DNA of 60,709 nucleotides, counting the filler. It is 6 parts of 6 records of this genome, joined end to end, with 100 filler letters (N's around TTAATTAATTAA, not from the genome) between each part and the next. Parts side by side here need not be neighbours in the genome. Positions count along the whole stretch, not along the records: positions 36,804 to 50,890 come from SRR31156797_4664; 5 more parts are not named here. One strand, 5' to 3'. Within the stretch, counting starts at the first letter, position 1. Each line of letters opens with the position of its first letter. The notes beneath the pieces were generated by a model, which searched no databases, had not been told where the DNA came from, and saw only the letters and a program-made list of their open reading frames with translations. The position numbers were made by a program, and so were the translations under genes. Below are positions 39,315-50,990 of this stretch, piece by piece.

Positions 39315-39665
39315 TCATTTAGTAAGTGTGACGCTTACACTTTCTAACTTACCCCCTAATGGTGGGTTCATTTTCCTGACTTTTACTGTGGCTTTATCAA
39401 TTTGATCAAACTCTTTATAAAGCCTATCCAATATTCTGCCGGCAACATGCTCAAGTAGATGAGATTTTTCATCCATTTCTTCTTTTATGAATTCGTAAAC
39501 TTTCAAATAGTTCAGTGCGTCCTCAATTTTGTCACTTTGCCTTGGGATATCGCAATTTGTTTCTAGAGTTAAGTCTACTAAGAATTGATTGCCAACTATT
39601 TGCTCTTCTTTGTAGCAACCGTGGTTGGCATAGAATTCCATATTTTCCAGTTGAATCATTCCCAT
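39315..39665 (-). CDS. folB: dihydroneopterin aldolase
   Basis: FYANHGCYKEEQIVGNQF, LNY, LLEHVA, KMNPP. Confidence 0.95.
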   Translation of the reverse strand: MGMIQLENMEFYANHGCYKEEQIVGNQFLVDLTLETNCDIPRQSDKIEDALNYLKVYEFIKEEMDEKSHLLEHVAGRILDRLYKEFDQIDKATVKVRKMNPPLGGKLESVSVTLTK

Positions 39666-39720
39666 TTTATGTGAATTTTATGTTGTAGATTATAGAACAA
39701 CCTTGAGTTAAAATAGATTG

Positions 39721-39743
39721 CAAAATTAAAATTATTATTTTTG
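39721..39743. promoter_or_regulatory. back-to-back Bacteroidota -7 promoter boxes for folB and glnS
   Basis: TAATTTTG on - strand (39721-39728) and TATTTTTG on + strand (39736-39743). Confidence 0.65.
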
Positions 39744-39814
39744 TAAGTTGTGTTTTTATATCACAAGGTTGAAATACTTTATAAGAATAAAATTTTCAAA
39801 TTAAACAGATCAGA

Positions 39815-41521
39815 ATGACAACAAGTAACGAGCCTAAAGAAGAGAAAAAGTCGCTTAATTTTATTGAGCAGATTATTGAAGAGGACTTGAAAAATGGCAA
39901 AAATGATAGCCGTGTGCATACGCGTTTTCCGCCGGAGCCCAATGGTTATTTGCATATTGGTCATGCAAAATCAATTTGCCTGAATTTTGGTCTGGCACAG
40001 CAATACAACGGAAAGTGCAATCTTCGTTTCGATGATACAAACCCGGAGAAAGAAGAGACAGAATATGTTGATTCCATCCAGGAAGATATTCGTTGGCTAG
40101 GATTTGAATGGGATGGTGAAGCTAAATATGCTTCGGATTATTTTGATCAGCTTTATGACTGGGCTGTGCAAATGATTAAGGATGGAAGAGCATATGTGGA
40201 TGATCAAAAACCGGAAGACATTTCTAAACAGCGGGGTACAACCAAAGAAGCGGGGAAAGAGAGTCCTTTCCGTAGTCGTTCAATAGAGGAAAATCTTGAT
40301 CTTTTTGAGCGCATGAAAAAAGGTGAATTTGAGAGTGGTTCTCGTGTTTTAAGGGCTAAAATAGATATGGCATCACCCAATATGTTGCTTCGGGACCCAA
40401 TTATGTATCGTATTTTAAATCGCGAGCATCACCGTACCGGAGATAAATGGCATATTTATCCAATGTATGATTATGCACATGGAGAGTCCGATTTCATTGA
40501 GGGAATTACTCATTCACTGTGTACACTCGAATTTGAAGTTCACCGTCCGTTATACAATTGGTTTTTAGATCAGATAGTTGAAGGAGAATACCGTCCGCGA
40601 CAAATTGAATTTGCGCGTTTTAACTTAGGATATACCGTAATGAGCAAACGAAAACTGTTGGAACTGGTTAGTGATAATCATGTGAATGGTTGGGATGATC
40701 CGCGTATGCCGACCATAGTGGGTATTCGTCGTAGAGGTTATCCACCAGAAGCACTTCGTCGTTTCTCAGAAATTATTGGTATTGCAAAACGCGATAATTT
40801 GCAAGATGTAGCACTATTGGAACATACCGTTCGTGAAGTTTTAAATAAAACGGCTAAACGTGTAATGGCTGTACTTGATCCTGTTAAGTTGGTAATAACC
40901 AATTATCCTGAAGGTAAAACAGAGTTTGTTAAAACTGAGAATAATCCCGAAGATGAGAATGCCGGAACACGCGAAATTCCGTTTTCACGAGAGCTCTATA
41001 TTGAACGCGAAGACTTTATGGAAGATGCACCTCGTAAGTTTTTCCGTATGACACCAGGTAAAGAAGTTCGTTTAAAATCAGCATATATTGTGGAGTGTAC
41101 AGAAGCAATTAAAGATGCTGATGGAAATATCACAGAGATACATGCTACTTATGATCCCGATAGTAAAAGTGGATCTGGTACAGAAGCTTCTATGCGTAAA
41201 GTAAAAGGAACATTACATTGGGTTTCAGCTGAACATGCTGTGGATGCAGAAATTCGCCAGTATGACCGTTTATTTACTGTGGAAGAGCCCGATTCAGATA
41301 AAGAGAAAGATTATAAAGAATTTATCAATCCTGAATCTCTTGAGATTCTTACTGGTTGTAAACTCGAGCCTTCTTTAGCTGAAGCAAAGTCTGAAGAGCG
41401 TTTCCAGTTTCAACGTATAGGTTATTTCGTTGCAGACCGCTATGATCATAAAGATGGCAACCTTGTGTTTAATCGCACAGTGCCATTGCGTGACACATGG
41501 GCTAAGGTCAATAAGAAATAA
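39815..41521 (+). CDS. glnS: glutamine-tRNA ligase
   Basis: [27 protein letters not shown]. Confidence 0.97.
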   Translation: MTTSNEPKEEKKSLNFIEQIIEEDLKNGKNDSRVHTRFPPEPNGYLHIGHAKSICLNFGLAQQYNGKCNLRFDDTNPEKEETEYVDSIQEDIRWLGFEWDGEAKYASDYFDQLYDWAVQMIKDGRAYVDDQKPEDISKQRGTTKEAGKESPFRSRSIEENLDLFERMKKGEFESGSRVLRAKIDMASPNMLLRDPIMYRILNREHHRTGDKWHIYPMYDYAHGESDFIEGITHSLCTLEFEVHRPLYNWFLDQIVEGEYRPRQIEFARFNLGYTVMSKRKLLELVSDNHVNGWDDPRMPTIVGIRRRGYPPEALRRFSEIIGIAKRDNLQDVALLEHTVREVLNKTAKRVMAVLDPVKLVITNYPEGKTEFVKTENNPEDENAGTREIPFSRELYIEREDFMEDAPRKFFRMTPGKEVRLKSAYIVECTEAIKDADGNITEIHATYDPDSKSGSGTEASMRKVKGTLHWVSAEHAVDAEIRQYDRLFTVEEPDSDKEKDYKEFINPESLEILTGCKLEPSLAEAKSEERFQFQRIGYFVADRYDHKDGNLVFNRTVPLRDTWAKVNKK

Positions 41522-41540
41522 AAATATATTGAAAATATTG

Positions 41541-41574
41541 AATCCTTCAAATCGTAGATTTGGGGGATTTTTTT
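41541..41574 (+). terminator. intrinsic terminator after glnS
   Basis: AATCCTTCAAATC-GTA-GATTTGGGGGATT followed by a T-run. Confidence 0.75.
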
Positions 41575-41690
41575 ATTAGTAAATTCAAAATCAGGGTGGT
41601 ATAATGCTATGATATTAGATGTAAAAAATATTGAAGTCAAAGCAAGATTTATTTAAGGAATTATAATCAGTATAATTCGCGTTCTATTTT

Positions 41691-42179
41691 TTATTGATTG
41701 GATATCAGTTTTTTTAATGTTTCAGTTGACGTCTTTTCAATTCCTTTATAGCTTGATTCAGAAGGTCCTCCAATACTTAATATATGAATGTTATTTTCAT
41801 TTAACCATTTGTGGAATTCTAATTTGGAGGTTTTCTCATTTAAATAAATTGTAAAGACTGGTTTACCTAGTTTTTGGGCTGTTTGTAAAGCGAAATTAGT
41901 TCCCGGACAATCAAATTCATTATGAGGCATAATTATTAATGAGCCATCACTATCTTGCACATTCATTTCGGTTCTTTGTGAACGGGGAATATCAGATGCA
42001 TTGGAACTTCGATAGTTTAGAGTGGGTTTTAGGTTAAATATTTCTGGAATCTTTCCCGCCTCGTTTTGCAGATCCGGAGGTGCCCAGCCTCCGGTTTCAA
42101 TATTAAATTCTTGAGCAACTTTTAATGCAGCTATATCTACACCGGTTTGCCCACCTGATATGATTTTTTTAATCCTCAT
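41691..42179 (-). CDS. putative molybdenum-carrier / SLOG-superfamily protein
   Basis: KIISGGQTGVDIAAL, RTEMNVQDSDGSL, LSIGGPSES. Confidence 0.85.
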   Translation of the reverse strand: MRIKKIISGGQTGVDIAALKVAQEFNIETGGWAPPDLQNEAGKIPEIFNLKPTLNYRSSNASDIPRSQRTEMNVQDSDGSLIIMPHNEFDCPGTNFALQTAQKLGKPVFTIYLNEKTSKLEFHKWLNENNIHILSIGGPSESSYKGIEKTSTETLKKLISNQ

Positions 42180-44310
42180 TTCGAATTAATTCAAAATCAA
42201 GCTGTTTTTTTAGCAGGTTTGCGGCGGCAACTTGTACACGCACTTCATCACCAAGTTGGAATTTGCGTTTATGTGCATTTCCTATAATGGCCATTTCTTC
42301 CTCGTCAAAAATGTAGTAATCATCATCAAGTGTGCGAAGAGGTACCATTCCTTCACAACCATTTTCAGTAACTTCTACATACATTCCCCAGTTGGTTACA
42401 CCTGAAATAATTCCCGTGAATTCTTCTCCAAGGTGTTCTTGCATAAACTCAACTTGTTTATATTTAATGCTTGAGCGTTCTGCAGCAACAGCTTTTTGTT
42501 CCATGTTGGAGCAATGGTCGCATTGACTTTCTAATTTGTCACTTGATACTGAACGTCCTCCTGCAAGATATGATTCCAGTAACCTGTGCACCATCATGTC
42601 GGGGTAGCGTCGGATAGGGGAAGTGAAATGAGTATAATCGTCAAATGACAATCCATAGTGACCAATATTGAATGAAGAATAAACTGCTTTTGCCATAGTT
42701 CTCACTGATAAAACTTCAATGAGATTCCTGAATGGTTTTTCTTTGGCATCATCAATCATATCATTCAGTGAGCTGGCAATGTTTTCTTTATTGCTTACAG
42801 ATAAATTGTATCCAAATCTTTTGACAAATCTTGATAAATGATTTAGTTTTTCCGGATCAGGCTTATCATGAACACGGTATACAAAAGCTTTTTTTCCACT
42901 TAATTTTTTAATGTGTTTGGCTACTGTTTTATTGGCCAGTAGCATAAACTCTTCTATAAGTTGATTGGCCTCTTTACTGGTTTTGAAATATACACCTGTT
43001 GGATGTCCTTTCTCATCCAGATTAAACTTGACTTCTTTTCGTTCAAAGTTGATTGAACCTTGATGATATCTTTCTTTACGTAATTTTTGCGCTAAATCAT
43101 TTAGGAGCGTCATTTCTTTGGCCAATACACCTTTCCCTGTTTCAATCATTTCCTGAGCTTCCTCGTAGGCAAAGCGATGATCAGAGTTTATGATTGTTTT
43201 TGCAATTTCGTAATTAATCACTTTTGCATTTTCATCCATCTCGAAAATAACTGCATAGCTTAATTTATCTTCATTTGGTCGGAGAGAACATACACCATTG
43301 CTAAGTCTTTCTGGTAGCATTGGGACTACTCTGTCTACCAAATAGATTGAAGTAGCACGTTTGTAAGCTTCCTGATCCAACAAACTATTTGGTCGCACAT
43401 AATGCGTAACATCAGCAATATGGACTCCAATTTCCCAATTTTTATTCTTGAGCTGTTTAATGGAAATGGCGTCGTCAAAATCTTTGGCATCGCCAGGGTC
43501 TATTGTGAAAGTGAGTGTTTTGCGAAAGTCTTTTCGTTTTTTAATTTCTTCTTCCGGTATTTCATCAGGTATTTTTTCGGCTTCTTGTTCTATGTGTTTC
43601 GGAAAATGAAGTGGCAATTCAAACTCGGCTAAAATAGCATGCATTTCTGCATTATGAGAGCCTGCTTCACCTAAAACTTCGATTACCTCGCCTACAGGGT
43701 TTTTAGCTTCTTTTGGCCATTCTTGAATAGTGGCAACAACTTTATCATTGTCTTTTGCTCCTTTGAGTTTTGACGGTAATATAAAGATATCATAAGGCAT
43801 TGTAGGGCTGTCTGGAATGAGAAAAGCATAATGCTTTGATACTTTTAATATTCCAACAAATTGTGATTTACTTCGTTCCAAAACTTCAACTACTTCACCT
43901 TCACTCATTTTGCGTTTTCTGGCATATATGAATACTTTGACCAGATCTTCATGCAATGCATGGTTTAAATTTCCCTGTGATATTACAATTTCTTCTTCAA
44001 CTTCCTCACTAATTAATGTGGCAGGACCTCTACGATTCAATTGAATTCTGCCGGTAATATATGCACCTTTTTGATTGATTTTAAAACTCCCCCTATGTGG
44101 TGTTTTTACAAATCCTTCTTCAGCCATTTCGATTAAAGCTTCATGCACTTTAATGCGCTTATCTTCACCAGTAAGTCGAAGTGCTTTGCATACTTGTTTG
44201 TAATTAAAACTTCTATTTGGATGTGATTCCAGAAATTGCAACACCATGTTTTTAATCTGGCGTTTATTTAATGATTTCTTTTTCTTTTTGGTTTTTTTCT
44301 TTTTTGCCAT
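42169..44310 (-). CDS. rnr: ribonuclease R
   Basis: TIDPGDAKDFDDA, EEFMLLAN, HFTSPIRRYPD, S1 domain. Confidence 0.97.
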   Translation of the reverse strand: MAKKKKTKKKKKSLNKRQIKNMVLQFLESHPNRSFNYKQVCKALRLTGEDKRIKVHEALIEMAEEGFVKTPHRGSFKINQKGAYITGRIQLNRRGPATLISEEVEEEIVISQGNLNHALHEDLVKVFIYARKRKMSEGEVVEVLERSKSQFVGILKVSKHYAFLIPDSPTMPYDIFILPSKLKGAKDNDKVVATIQEWPKEAKNPVGEVIEVLGEAGSHNAEMHAILAEFELPLHFPKHIEQEAEKIPDEIPEEEIKKRKDFRKTLTFTIDPGDAKDFDDAISIKQLKNKNWEIGVHIADVTHYVRPNSLLDQEAYKRATSIYLVDRVVPMLPERLSNGVCSLRPNEDKLSYAVIFEMDENAKVINYEIAKTIINSDHRFAYEEAQEMIETGKGVLAKEMTLLNDLAQKLRKERYHQGSINFERKEVKFNLDEKGHPTGVYFKTSKEANQLIEEFMLLANKTVAKHIKKLSGKKAFVYRVHDKPDPEKLNHLSRFVKRFGYNLSVSNKENIASSLNDMIDDAKEKPFRNLIEVLSVRTMAKAVYSSFNIGHYGLSFDDYTHFTSPIRRYPDMMVHRLLESYLAGGRSVSSDKLESQCDHCSNMEQKAVAAERSSIKYKQVEFMQEHLGEEFTGIISGVTNWGMYVEVTENGCEGMVPLRTLDDDYYIFDEEEMAIIGNAHKRKFQLGDEVRVQVAAANLLKKQLDFELIRNED

Positions 44311-44393
44311 ATGTGGTTTTGTATTTTATCAGCACAAGTTAGTTATAAAACAAATGACTTGTCTATTTGTGAAAAAATCTTTGCAGTTTTCAC

Positions 44394-44423
44394 AAAAAAA
44401 GGGATGCCATATGACACCCCTTT
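44394..44423 (-). terminator. intrinsic terminator after queA
   Basis: - strand AAAGGGGTGTCA-TA-TGGCATCCCTTT followed by T-run. Confidence 0.75.
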
Positions 44424-44443
44424 ATGCATAGTATTTTTAAAGG

Positions 44444-45493
44444 TCAGATGATTAACATGGCATCACCATATGTTCCAAATCTGTATTTTTCTTTAATTGC
44501 AACCTGGTATGCTTCCATTGTTAGGTCATATCCTCCATAAGCACTTACCATCATTAATAAAGTTGAAAGAGGTAAGTGGAAGTTTGAAATCATACTTTGT
44601 GCTACACTGAATTCGTAGGGAGGAAAAATAAATTTATTTGTCCATCCGTCAAATGGTTTCACCATCCCATTAGTTGATACTGAGCTTTCCAGTGTGCGCA
44701 TCACAGTTGTACCTACGGCACATATCTTACTTTTACGCTCACGGGCTGAATTAATAATTTCAGTTGCTTTATCGTCGATGATGATTTTTTCCGAATCCAT
44801 TTTGTGTTTGGTCAGATCTTCTACTTCGACGGTCCTGAAATTTCCTAAACCTACGTGTAGGGTTACAAATCCAAAATGAACACCCAAGATTTCCAGGCGT
44901 TTCATTAATTCACGACTGAAGTGCATGCCAGCAGTAGGAGCAGCAACAGCACCTTCGTGTTTAGCAAAAATGGTTTGATAACGCTCTTTGTCATCGTCTC
45001 TTACGTCTCGTTTTATGAATTTAGGAAGTGGCGTTTCGCCATGTGCATAAAGCGTCTTTTTGAATTCCTCATAAGGCCCATCAAACAAGAAACGTAATGT
45101 ACGACCTCTGGATGTTGTATTGTCAATTACTTCAGCTACCAGAGAGTTGTTCTCCCCAAAGTAAAGTTTATTCCCGATGCGGATTTTACGAGCCGGGTCA
45201 ACTAAAACATCCCATAAGCGCTGATCACGGTTTAGTTCTCTAAGAAGAAATACCTCGATTTTTGCACCGGTTTTTTCTTTATTTCCATATAAGCGTGCTG
45301 GGAATACTTTGGTATTATTAAATACCATCACATCATCCTCGTTAAAGTATCCTAATACATCTTTGAATACTTTGTGTTCAATCTTTCCTGTCTCTCTGTC
45401 TATTACCATTAATCTTGATTCATCGCGGTTATCAGCCGGGTCAAGAGCAATTAATTCTTCAGGTAATTTGTAGTTAAATTGGGACAACTTCAT
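44444..45493 (-). CDS. queA: S-adenosylmethionine:tRNA ribosyltransferase-isomerase
   Basis: [33 protein letters not shown]. Confidence 0.97.
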   Translation of the reverse strand: MKLSQFNYKLPEELIALDPADNRDESRLMVIDRETGKIEHKVFKDVLGYFNEDDVMVFNNTKVFPARLYGNKEKTGAKIEVFLLRELNRDQRLWDVLVDPARKIRIGNKLYFGENNSLVAEVIDNTTSRGRTLRFLFDGPYEEFKKTLYAHGETPLPKFIKRDVRDDDKERYQTIFAKHEGAVAAPTAGMHFSRELMKRLEILGVHFGFVTLHVGLGNFRTVEVEDLTKHKMDSEKIIIDDKATEIINSARERKSKICAVGTTVMRTLESSVSTNGMVKPFDGWTNKFIFPPYEFSVAQSMISNFHLPLSTLLMMVSAYGGYDLTMEAYQVAIKEKYRFGTYGDAMLII

Positions 45494-45512
45494 AATTCGC
45501 CAATTTTTTAAG

Positions 45513-46220
45513 TTATGTTATCGTATCTAATTTCTCTATATATTTCTCAAGTGACCATGAGTCATTGAGTGTGAATTGTCCAACAGCCGTTCTGGTGAGA
45601 CCCGCTAAATGGGCACCACAATTTAATGCTTTTCCGAAATCGTGGGCAAAAGATCTGATATAGGTACCTTTGCTGCATTTAATACGTATTGTAGCCGTTT
45701 GGGTTTCCAAATTCATTAATTCAATTTCATGAAATGTTACTTTTTTTGGTTCCAGCGTAACATCTTTTTGCTTGCGAGCGTACTCATATGCTGGTTTTCC
45801 ATCTACTTTTTTTGCTGAAAAAATCGGAGGCATTTGCAATTGTTCTCCTTTAAACTTTTCCAGTGTTTCTAATATTAATTCTTTAGTTATATGTGTTGTG
45901 TCAAATGTGGCATCAATCTCAGTTTCTAAGTCATAGGATGGTGTTGTGGCTCCAAGTTTAACAATTGCAAGGTATTCTTTATGTGTGTTTTGAATTGCTT
46001 CAATCATTTTTGTTGCCTTTCCTATGCATAAAATCAAAACTCCGGTAGCTAAAGGATCAAGTGTTCCGGCGTGGCCAACTTTAATCTTTTTAAGCTCAAG
46101 TTTCTTTCTTAATTTCCAACGTATTTTATTTACCACATCAAATGATGTCCAATTGAGTGGCTTATCAATCAGTACAACTTTTCCGGCTCTATAATCTTCT
46201 ACTAAAAACTCTCGGTTCAT
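45513..46220 (-). CDS. truB: tRNA pseudouridine(55) synthase
   Basis: [23 protein letters not shown]. Confidence 0.97.
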   Translation of the reverse strand: MNREFLVEDYRAGKVVLIDKPLNWTSFDVVNKIRWKLRKKLELKKIKVGHAGTLDPLATGVLILCIGKATKMIEAIQNTHKEYLAIVKLGATTPSYDLETEIDATFDTTHITKELILETLEKFKGEQLQMPPIFSAKKVDGKPAYEYARKQKDVTLEPKKVTFHEIELMNLETQTATIRIKCSKGTYIRSFAHDFGKALNCGAHLAGLTRTAVGQFTLNDSWSLEKYIEKLDTIT

Positions 46221-46224
46221 ATTA

Positions 46225-47010
46225 CTAACCTGCTACAATGGCAATTGTTCCAACTAAAACACAATAAACAGCAAACCAAATGAGCTTTCCTTTTTTAACA
46301 ATATTGATCATCCATGTACAAGCGGCCCAGCCAGCTACAAAAGCTGCAATAAATCCAACAATTAATGGCGTAGCGCCAATACTTTCGTTTGAGATCATAT
46401 CGCCACTGATAAGATCTAAGAAGTTTTCACCTAAAATGGGAATTAAAACCATTAAGAATGAAAACCTGGCTATTCTTGCTTTGTCAACACCCAGTAATAA
46501 ACCGGTAGAAATGGTTGCACCACTTCTGCTTATTCCTGGCAATACTGCTAGCGCTTGAGCAATTCCAATTAAAAAAGCATTACCTGCATTAATTTTTCTT
46601 TTACGTCCTTTGACAAAATGTGCAAAAGTTAATAATGCTGCTGTAATGAGTAACATGGATCCTACAAAAGCAAGATTGTCTCCACCAAAAAATTGCTCTA
46701 CATCATCTTTAAAGAAAAGTCCAATTACGGCTACCGGAATCATTGAAATGGCAATAAAAAAAAGATATTTTGTTTCTTCGTTCCATTTGAATTTTAATGC
46801 ACCTAAGATAATATCAGCCAGATCTTTTCTAAATACAACAATGGTACTCAAAACGGTTGCACCATGTACAACTACTGTAAATGTCAGGCTGTCTGTTGCT
46901 TCAACGCCCAGTAAATGTTTTCCAATTTCAAGATGTCCACTGCTTGATACCGGTAAAAACTCGGTCAGACCCTGAATAATACCCAGGATCAATGCTTCTA
47001 ACCACTCCAT
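46225..47010 (-). CDS. uppP: undecaprenyl-diphosphate phosphatase
   Basis: QGLTEFLPVSSSGH, PGISRSGAT. Confidence 0.96.
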   Translation of the reverse strand: MEWLEALILGIIQGLTEFLPVSSSGHLEIGKHLLGVEATDSLTFTVVVHGATVLSTIVVFRKDLADIILGALKFKWNEETKYLFFIAISMIPVAVIGLFFKDDVEQFFGGDNLAFVGSMLLITAALLTFAHFVKGRKRKINAGNAFLIGIAQALAVLPGISRSGATISTGLLLGVDKARIARFSFLMVLIPILGENFLDLISGDMISNESIGATPLIVGFIAAFVAGWAACTWMINIVKKGKLIWFAVYCVLVGTIAIVAG

Positions 47011-47019
47011 TAATGTTGT

Positions 47020-47274
47020 TTATTCCTGAGTTTCTTTTTTAGGTTTGCGCATAATAGCCCACATAATATAAATAAAACCGGCAAGGACTACTATAGGAGC
47101 TAAAGTAATGCGTCTGAAAGAAAAAATATCGCGACTAAACTCAGCCGGGTTATCAGAACCTCCACCCATCATTAATAAAAATCCGATTACCACTGCGCCA
47201 AATCCAATTAGAATATGTTTATAGCTTTCTTTTGGAATAGCAAATGAGATTTTTTTAGCATCTTTTTCGGCCAT
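47020..47274 (-). CDS. DUF3098 family membrane protein
   Basis: GFLLMMGGGS...IFSFRRITLAP; between ftsX and uppP. Confidence 0.88.
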   Translation of the reverse strand: MAEKDAKKISFAIPKESYKHILIGFGAVVIGFLLMMGGGSDNPAEFSRDIFSFRRITLAPIVVLAGFIYIMWAIMRKPKKETQE

Positions 47275-47285
47275 TGTATATTGTT

Positions 47286-48164
47286 TTAAATGTATAATTT
47301 ATCTGTGCTGATTCTCAAATATTTATTGACAGCAAAGAAGGTTGAAAAGAATGAAATAAGTATTCCAATTACAATTATACCTCCTGTTAATATAGAGATT
47401 ACGAATAGATCAGCGAAAAACCCCATCTCAGGAAATTCTTCAGCTACAAAATATAGTACTGTCATTAGCATGCCATTGGCAAATATTCCGGCAAAGAATC
47501 CGTGCAAAATGCTGGTCCGTAAGAAAGGGCCACGTATAAAATACCGTGTTGCTCCAACCAGTCGCATTGTGTTTATAATGAATCGCTTAGCGTATACTGA
47601 AAGTCGAATTGTGTTATTGATTAATACAATGGATATCAGTAGCAGTAAAACAGCGAAACCCAAAAGTATCAAGCTGATCTTATTGATATTTTTATTAACT
47701 AAATGTACCAATGATGGTTGGTACCAAACCTCTTTAATTTGAGGAAATTCCTTAAGGTCTTTTTCAATCCCCCTTATACTATCATTATTAGAATATGCTG
47801 CAATTAGCTTAACATCAATTGAAACCGGCAAGGGATTGTGTCCAATGAATTCAATAAAGTTTTCACCAAGGTCTTTTTGTAATTCTTCTGCAGCTTCTTG
47901 TTTGCTAATGTGGGTGGTGGATTTTACGAAATCTTTAGCATCGATAATTTTTTGGAGTCTTAGTACATCCGGCTCCTTAACTTCATCTTTTAAAATAATG
48001 CTAAAACCAATGTTTTCCCGCACATAGTCAGATAGTTTTTTGGCATTAAGCACCAAAAGTCCCATAATACCAAGCATGAAAAGTACCAATGTAATTGATA
48101 CTACTGTGGTGATATATGAAGTACGTAATCTACGCTTTGAAGCTTTTTCTTCTCTGGGTTTCAT
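47286..48164 (-). CDS. ftsX: cell division permease-like protein FtsX
   Basis: INNTIRLSVYAKRFIINTMRLVGAT; TAATTTTG promoter at 48263-48270. Confidence 0.93.
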   Translation of the reverse strand: MKPREEKASKRRLRTSYITTVVSITLVLFMLGIMGLLVLNAKKLSDYVRENIGFSIILKDEVKEPDVLRLQKIIDAKDFVKSTTHISKQEAAEELQKDLGENFIEFIGHNPLPVSIDVKLIAAYSNNDSIRGIEKDLKEFPQIKEVWYQPSLVHLVNKNINKISLILLGFAVLLLLISIVLINNTIRLSVYAKRFIINTMRLVGATRYFIRGPFLRTSILHGFFAGIFANGMLMTVLYFVAEEFPEMGFFADLFVISILTGGIIVIGILISFFSTFFAVNKYLRISTDKLYI

Positions 48165-48454
48165 ATAAAACAGACCCTTTTTTTTGTGAACAGGTACTTT
48201 TTGCTAAAGTTTACAAAAATACACCGAAACTCGCAAATAACCAACCATTTTGGATAAGAATGCAAAATTAAAAGTTAAATGATTTGCAGAAAGGCGCCTG
48301 AATAAGGCGTTGGTTTTTTAGATAGTTTTTTTCTGAGTTTTATGAAAGCAATGGTTTTAACCTGAAAGGGGTAGGTTTTTAATATGAAAACGGATAATTA
48401 TACGCATTTAGGTTGACTTAACGTTTTATATTTTTAAAGTGGAATTTGATATAT

Positions 48455-49903
48455 ATGAAGAAACCAACAAATAATTATAAGCAACTTCTTGCTGAAATAA
48501 GTTTTGAGGCTCTTTTCCTGTCTCAAAAGGGAATTTGTATTGCTCAAAATGAAACAGCTAGAAAAATGTTTGGTTACAGTGATGAGGAAGCTATTGGTGT
48601 CCCAGGCACCAATTGGATTCATCCCATGGACAGGGAATTTGTCGCTACAAAAATGAAAGAAAATCATTCTGATCCTTACGAGGTGATTGCCCAAAGAAAG
48701 GATGGAAGTCATTTTCCATGTGAAATTCAAGCCAAAATAATTGATTATAATGGCGAAAAGATAAGGGTAACAGCACTAAGAGACATTTCACCACGAAAGA
48801 CTATTGAAAAAGAACTTTTTGATAAAGTTACAGAATTAGAAATAATCACCGCGAGTATCCCAAATTCCATATGGAAAGCCAAATTGGGGGAAAATGGAGA
48901 AATTAGTGAAGCTTATATTTCTGATTCAATTAATGGATTACTTGATTTAGAGCCGGGGACTATTAAGAATGATTGGAACCAATATTTTGCCTATGTTCTT
49001 CCAGAGGAAATACCAATGATAAAGAATAAAATCATGCAGGCGATAAAAAATCCAGGTCGAATAGTAACACATATATACAAAGTAAAAAAAGGAGATGGAA
49101 AGGTGGCCTGGTTATCTTCATCAGGTCGTGTTCAAATGACTAAATCCGGAGCTATAGGTTATGGATTCTCATATGATGTATCAGAGTTAAAAGAGAACGA
49201 GCAGGCTTTAATTGAATTAAATGCAACTAAGGATAAATTGTTTTCGATTATTTCTCATGATTTAAAAAATCCATTTACTGCTTTCATGGGGTTTAGTGAG
49301 TTAATGATACGGCAGATTGATGATGGCAAATATGATAATATCCGAAAATATGCTGAGGCAATACTAGTTGGAGCTAGAAATGGTAGTGATTTGTTATCAA
49401 ACTTGTTGGATTGGTCAAGAACGCAAAGGAACAAAGTTACATTTAATCCGGAGTTAATTCAAGTTGACAAGGTTATTGAAAATGTTGTGATGTATTTTGA
49501 ACAAACATTGAATAGTAAGGAGCTTAGCCTTGAAGTTAAAAATGAAAATGCTGATAGCTTTATAGGAGATAGAATGATGGTGGAAACTATTCTGCGAAAT
49601 TTAATTAGTAATGCTATTAAGTTTTCTAAAAGAAATGATCAGATAAAAATTAGTTTGTCAGCTGACCATCAAAATACTTCCTTTACAGTTGAGGATAATG
49701 GTTTAGGCATTTCCAGCGAAAATCAAAAAAAACTGTTTAATATAAACAGTAATTATACCACTCAGGGAACAGAAAATGAAAAAGGTACTGGGTTGGGTTT
49801 AGCATTGTGTAAAGAATTTGTTGATTTTCACGGTGGAAAAATAGGCCTAGAAAGTAAACCTTTAGAAGGATCAAAATTTTGGTTTACTATTCCGAAAAAA
49901 TAA
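48455..49903 (+). CDS. cytoplasmic PAS-domain sensor histidine kinase
   Basis: Two PAS domains, ISHDLKNP, NLISNAIKF, DNGLG, GTGLGL. Confidence 0.93.
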   Translation: MKKPTNNYKQLLAEISFEALFLSQKGICIAQNETARKMFGYSDEEAIGVPGTNWIHPMDREFVATKMKENHSDPYEVIAQRKDGSHFPCEIQAKIIDYNGEKIRVTALRDISPRKTIEKELFDKVTELEIITASIPNSIWKAKLGENGEISEAYISDSINGLLDLEPGTIKNDWNQYFAYVLPEEIPMIKNKIMQAIKNPGRIVTHIYKVKKGDGKVAWLSSSGRVQMTKSGAIGYGFSYDVSELKENEQALIELNATKDKLFSIISHDLKNPFTAFMGFSELMIRQIDDGKYDNIRKYAEAILVGARNGSDLLSNLLDWSRTQRNKVTFNPELIQVDKVIENVVMYFEQTLNSKELSLEVKNENADSFIGDRMMVETILRNLISNAIKFSKRNDQIKISLSADHQNTSFTVEDNGLGISSENQKKLFNINSNYTTQGTENEKGTGLGLALCKEFVDFHGGKIGLESKPLEGSKFWFTIPKK

Positions 49904-50045
49904 TTTTTATTGTGTTGCTTGCTATTTCTAACCTTTCGAATTTTTGATAAAGAATTAATAAAAATTCATCAATTTAATTTGGTAAGTAGTTTACAATTTA
50001 TTTACATTTGTCCTTGTCTTAAATCAGGGTTACCAACTTGAATCA

Positions 50046-50300
50046 GTGACAAATAAGATTATTTACATAAGCATTGTAGGGTTTCAAATTGCAGCGCTAT
50101 CGTTATTCGGAATTGTTAATTTTTCCGGATGGGATAAAGCGGATGTACAGCAACTTGAGCAAAAAACTTTTCAGATAAACGACAAATTTAATGTAAGTTC
50201 AACCGGAGAAAATGAGTTTTGGATTGAGGATATCCGAAATGAAGTTTTTGGGAAAAATGAATCTCCTCTAAAAGGAATGACAATTGCAGATTTTGATTAG
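50046..50300 (+). CDS. small hypothetical membrane-anchored protein
   Basis: 84-aa ORF with hydrophobic N-terminus; TACATTTG promoter box at 50003-50010. Confidence 0.55.
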   Translation: MTNKIIYISIVGFQIAALSLFGIVNFSGWDKADVQQLEQKTFQINDKFNVSSTGENEFWIEDIRNEVFGKNESPLKGMTIADFD

Positions 50301-50852
50301 TTATTCTACCCTTCCCGGATTTTTCTTTATAAAATCAGCCCACGAATTACTTTTATTTTTATCAGGTAAATTTCTTTGATAGAAATGACAAACTGCCGCA
50401 GCAAGTCCATCGGTGGCATCAAGAAAGTTGGGTAATTTATCAATGTTCATAGTGCGAGCAAGCATACCTGCCACTTGTTCTTTTGAAGCAGATCCAGAAC
50501 CGGTAATAGCTTGCTTTATTTTACGTGGTGCATACTCTACAATAGGCACGGAGTGAGATAGTGCAGCTGCAATAGCCACACCTTGAGCACGTCCAAGTTT
50601 CAGCATGGATTGCACATTTTTGCCAAAAAATGGTGCTTCAATGGCAATTTCATCCGGCAGGTATTGCTCGATAAGCGAACGCACTCTTTCGTGAATGTAG
50701 TTTAGCTTTTGGTAATGATCTTTGTATTTTCGGAGGTCAACCACACCCATGCTCAGCATAATTGGAGTTTTACCGGAAGCATCAATTACACCATAACCCA
50801 TGATGGTTGTGCCAGGGTCAATTCCAAGTATGATGTTGTCTGCTTCTTTCAT
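50301..50852 (-). CDS. ruvC: Holliday junction resolvase
   Basis: [26 protein letters not shown]. Confidence 0.96.
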   Translation of the reverse strand: MKEADNIILGIDPGTTIMGYGVIDASGKTPIMLSMGVVDLRKYKDHYQKLNYIHERVRSLIEQYLPDEIAIEAPFFGKNVQSMLKLGRAQGVAIAAALSHSVPIVEYAPRKIKQAITGSGSASKEQVAGMLARTMNIDKLPNFLDATDGLAAAVCHFYQRNLPDKNKSNSWADFIKKNPGRVE

Positions 50853-50890
50853 TAAATATATTCGAAGACGTCATTGCGATCCGCCAGCTG

Positions 50891-50990
50891 NNNNNNNNNN
50901 NNNNNNNNNNNNNNNNNNNNNNNNNNNNNNNNNNTTAATTAATTAANNNNNNNNNNNNNNNNNNNNNNNNNNNNNNNNNNNNNNNNNNNN
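50891..50990. other. artificial contig spacer
   Basis: N44-TTAATTAATTAA-N44. Confidence 0.99.

Noticed and set aside
11019-50990. Five recurring TTAATTAATTAA motifs in N-runs, and sharp GC shifts suggesting horizontal transfer
   Set aside because: These are artificial spacers joining contigs of different organisms; adjacency across them has no biological meaning
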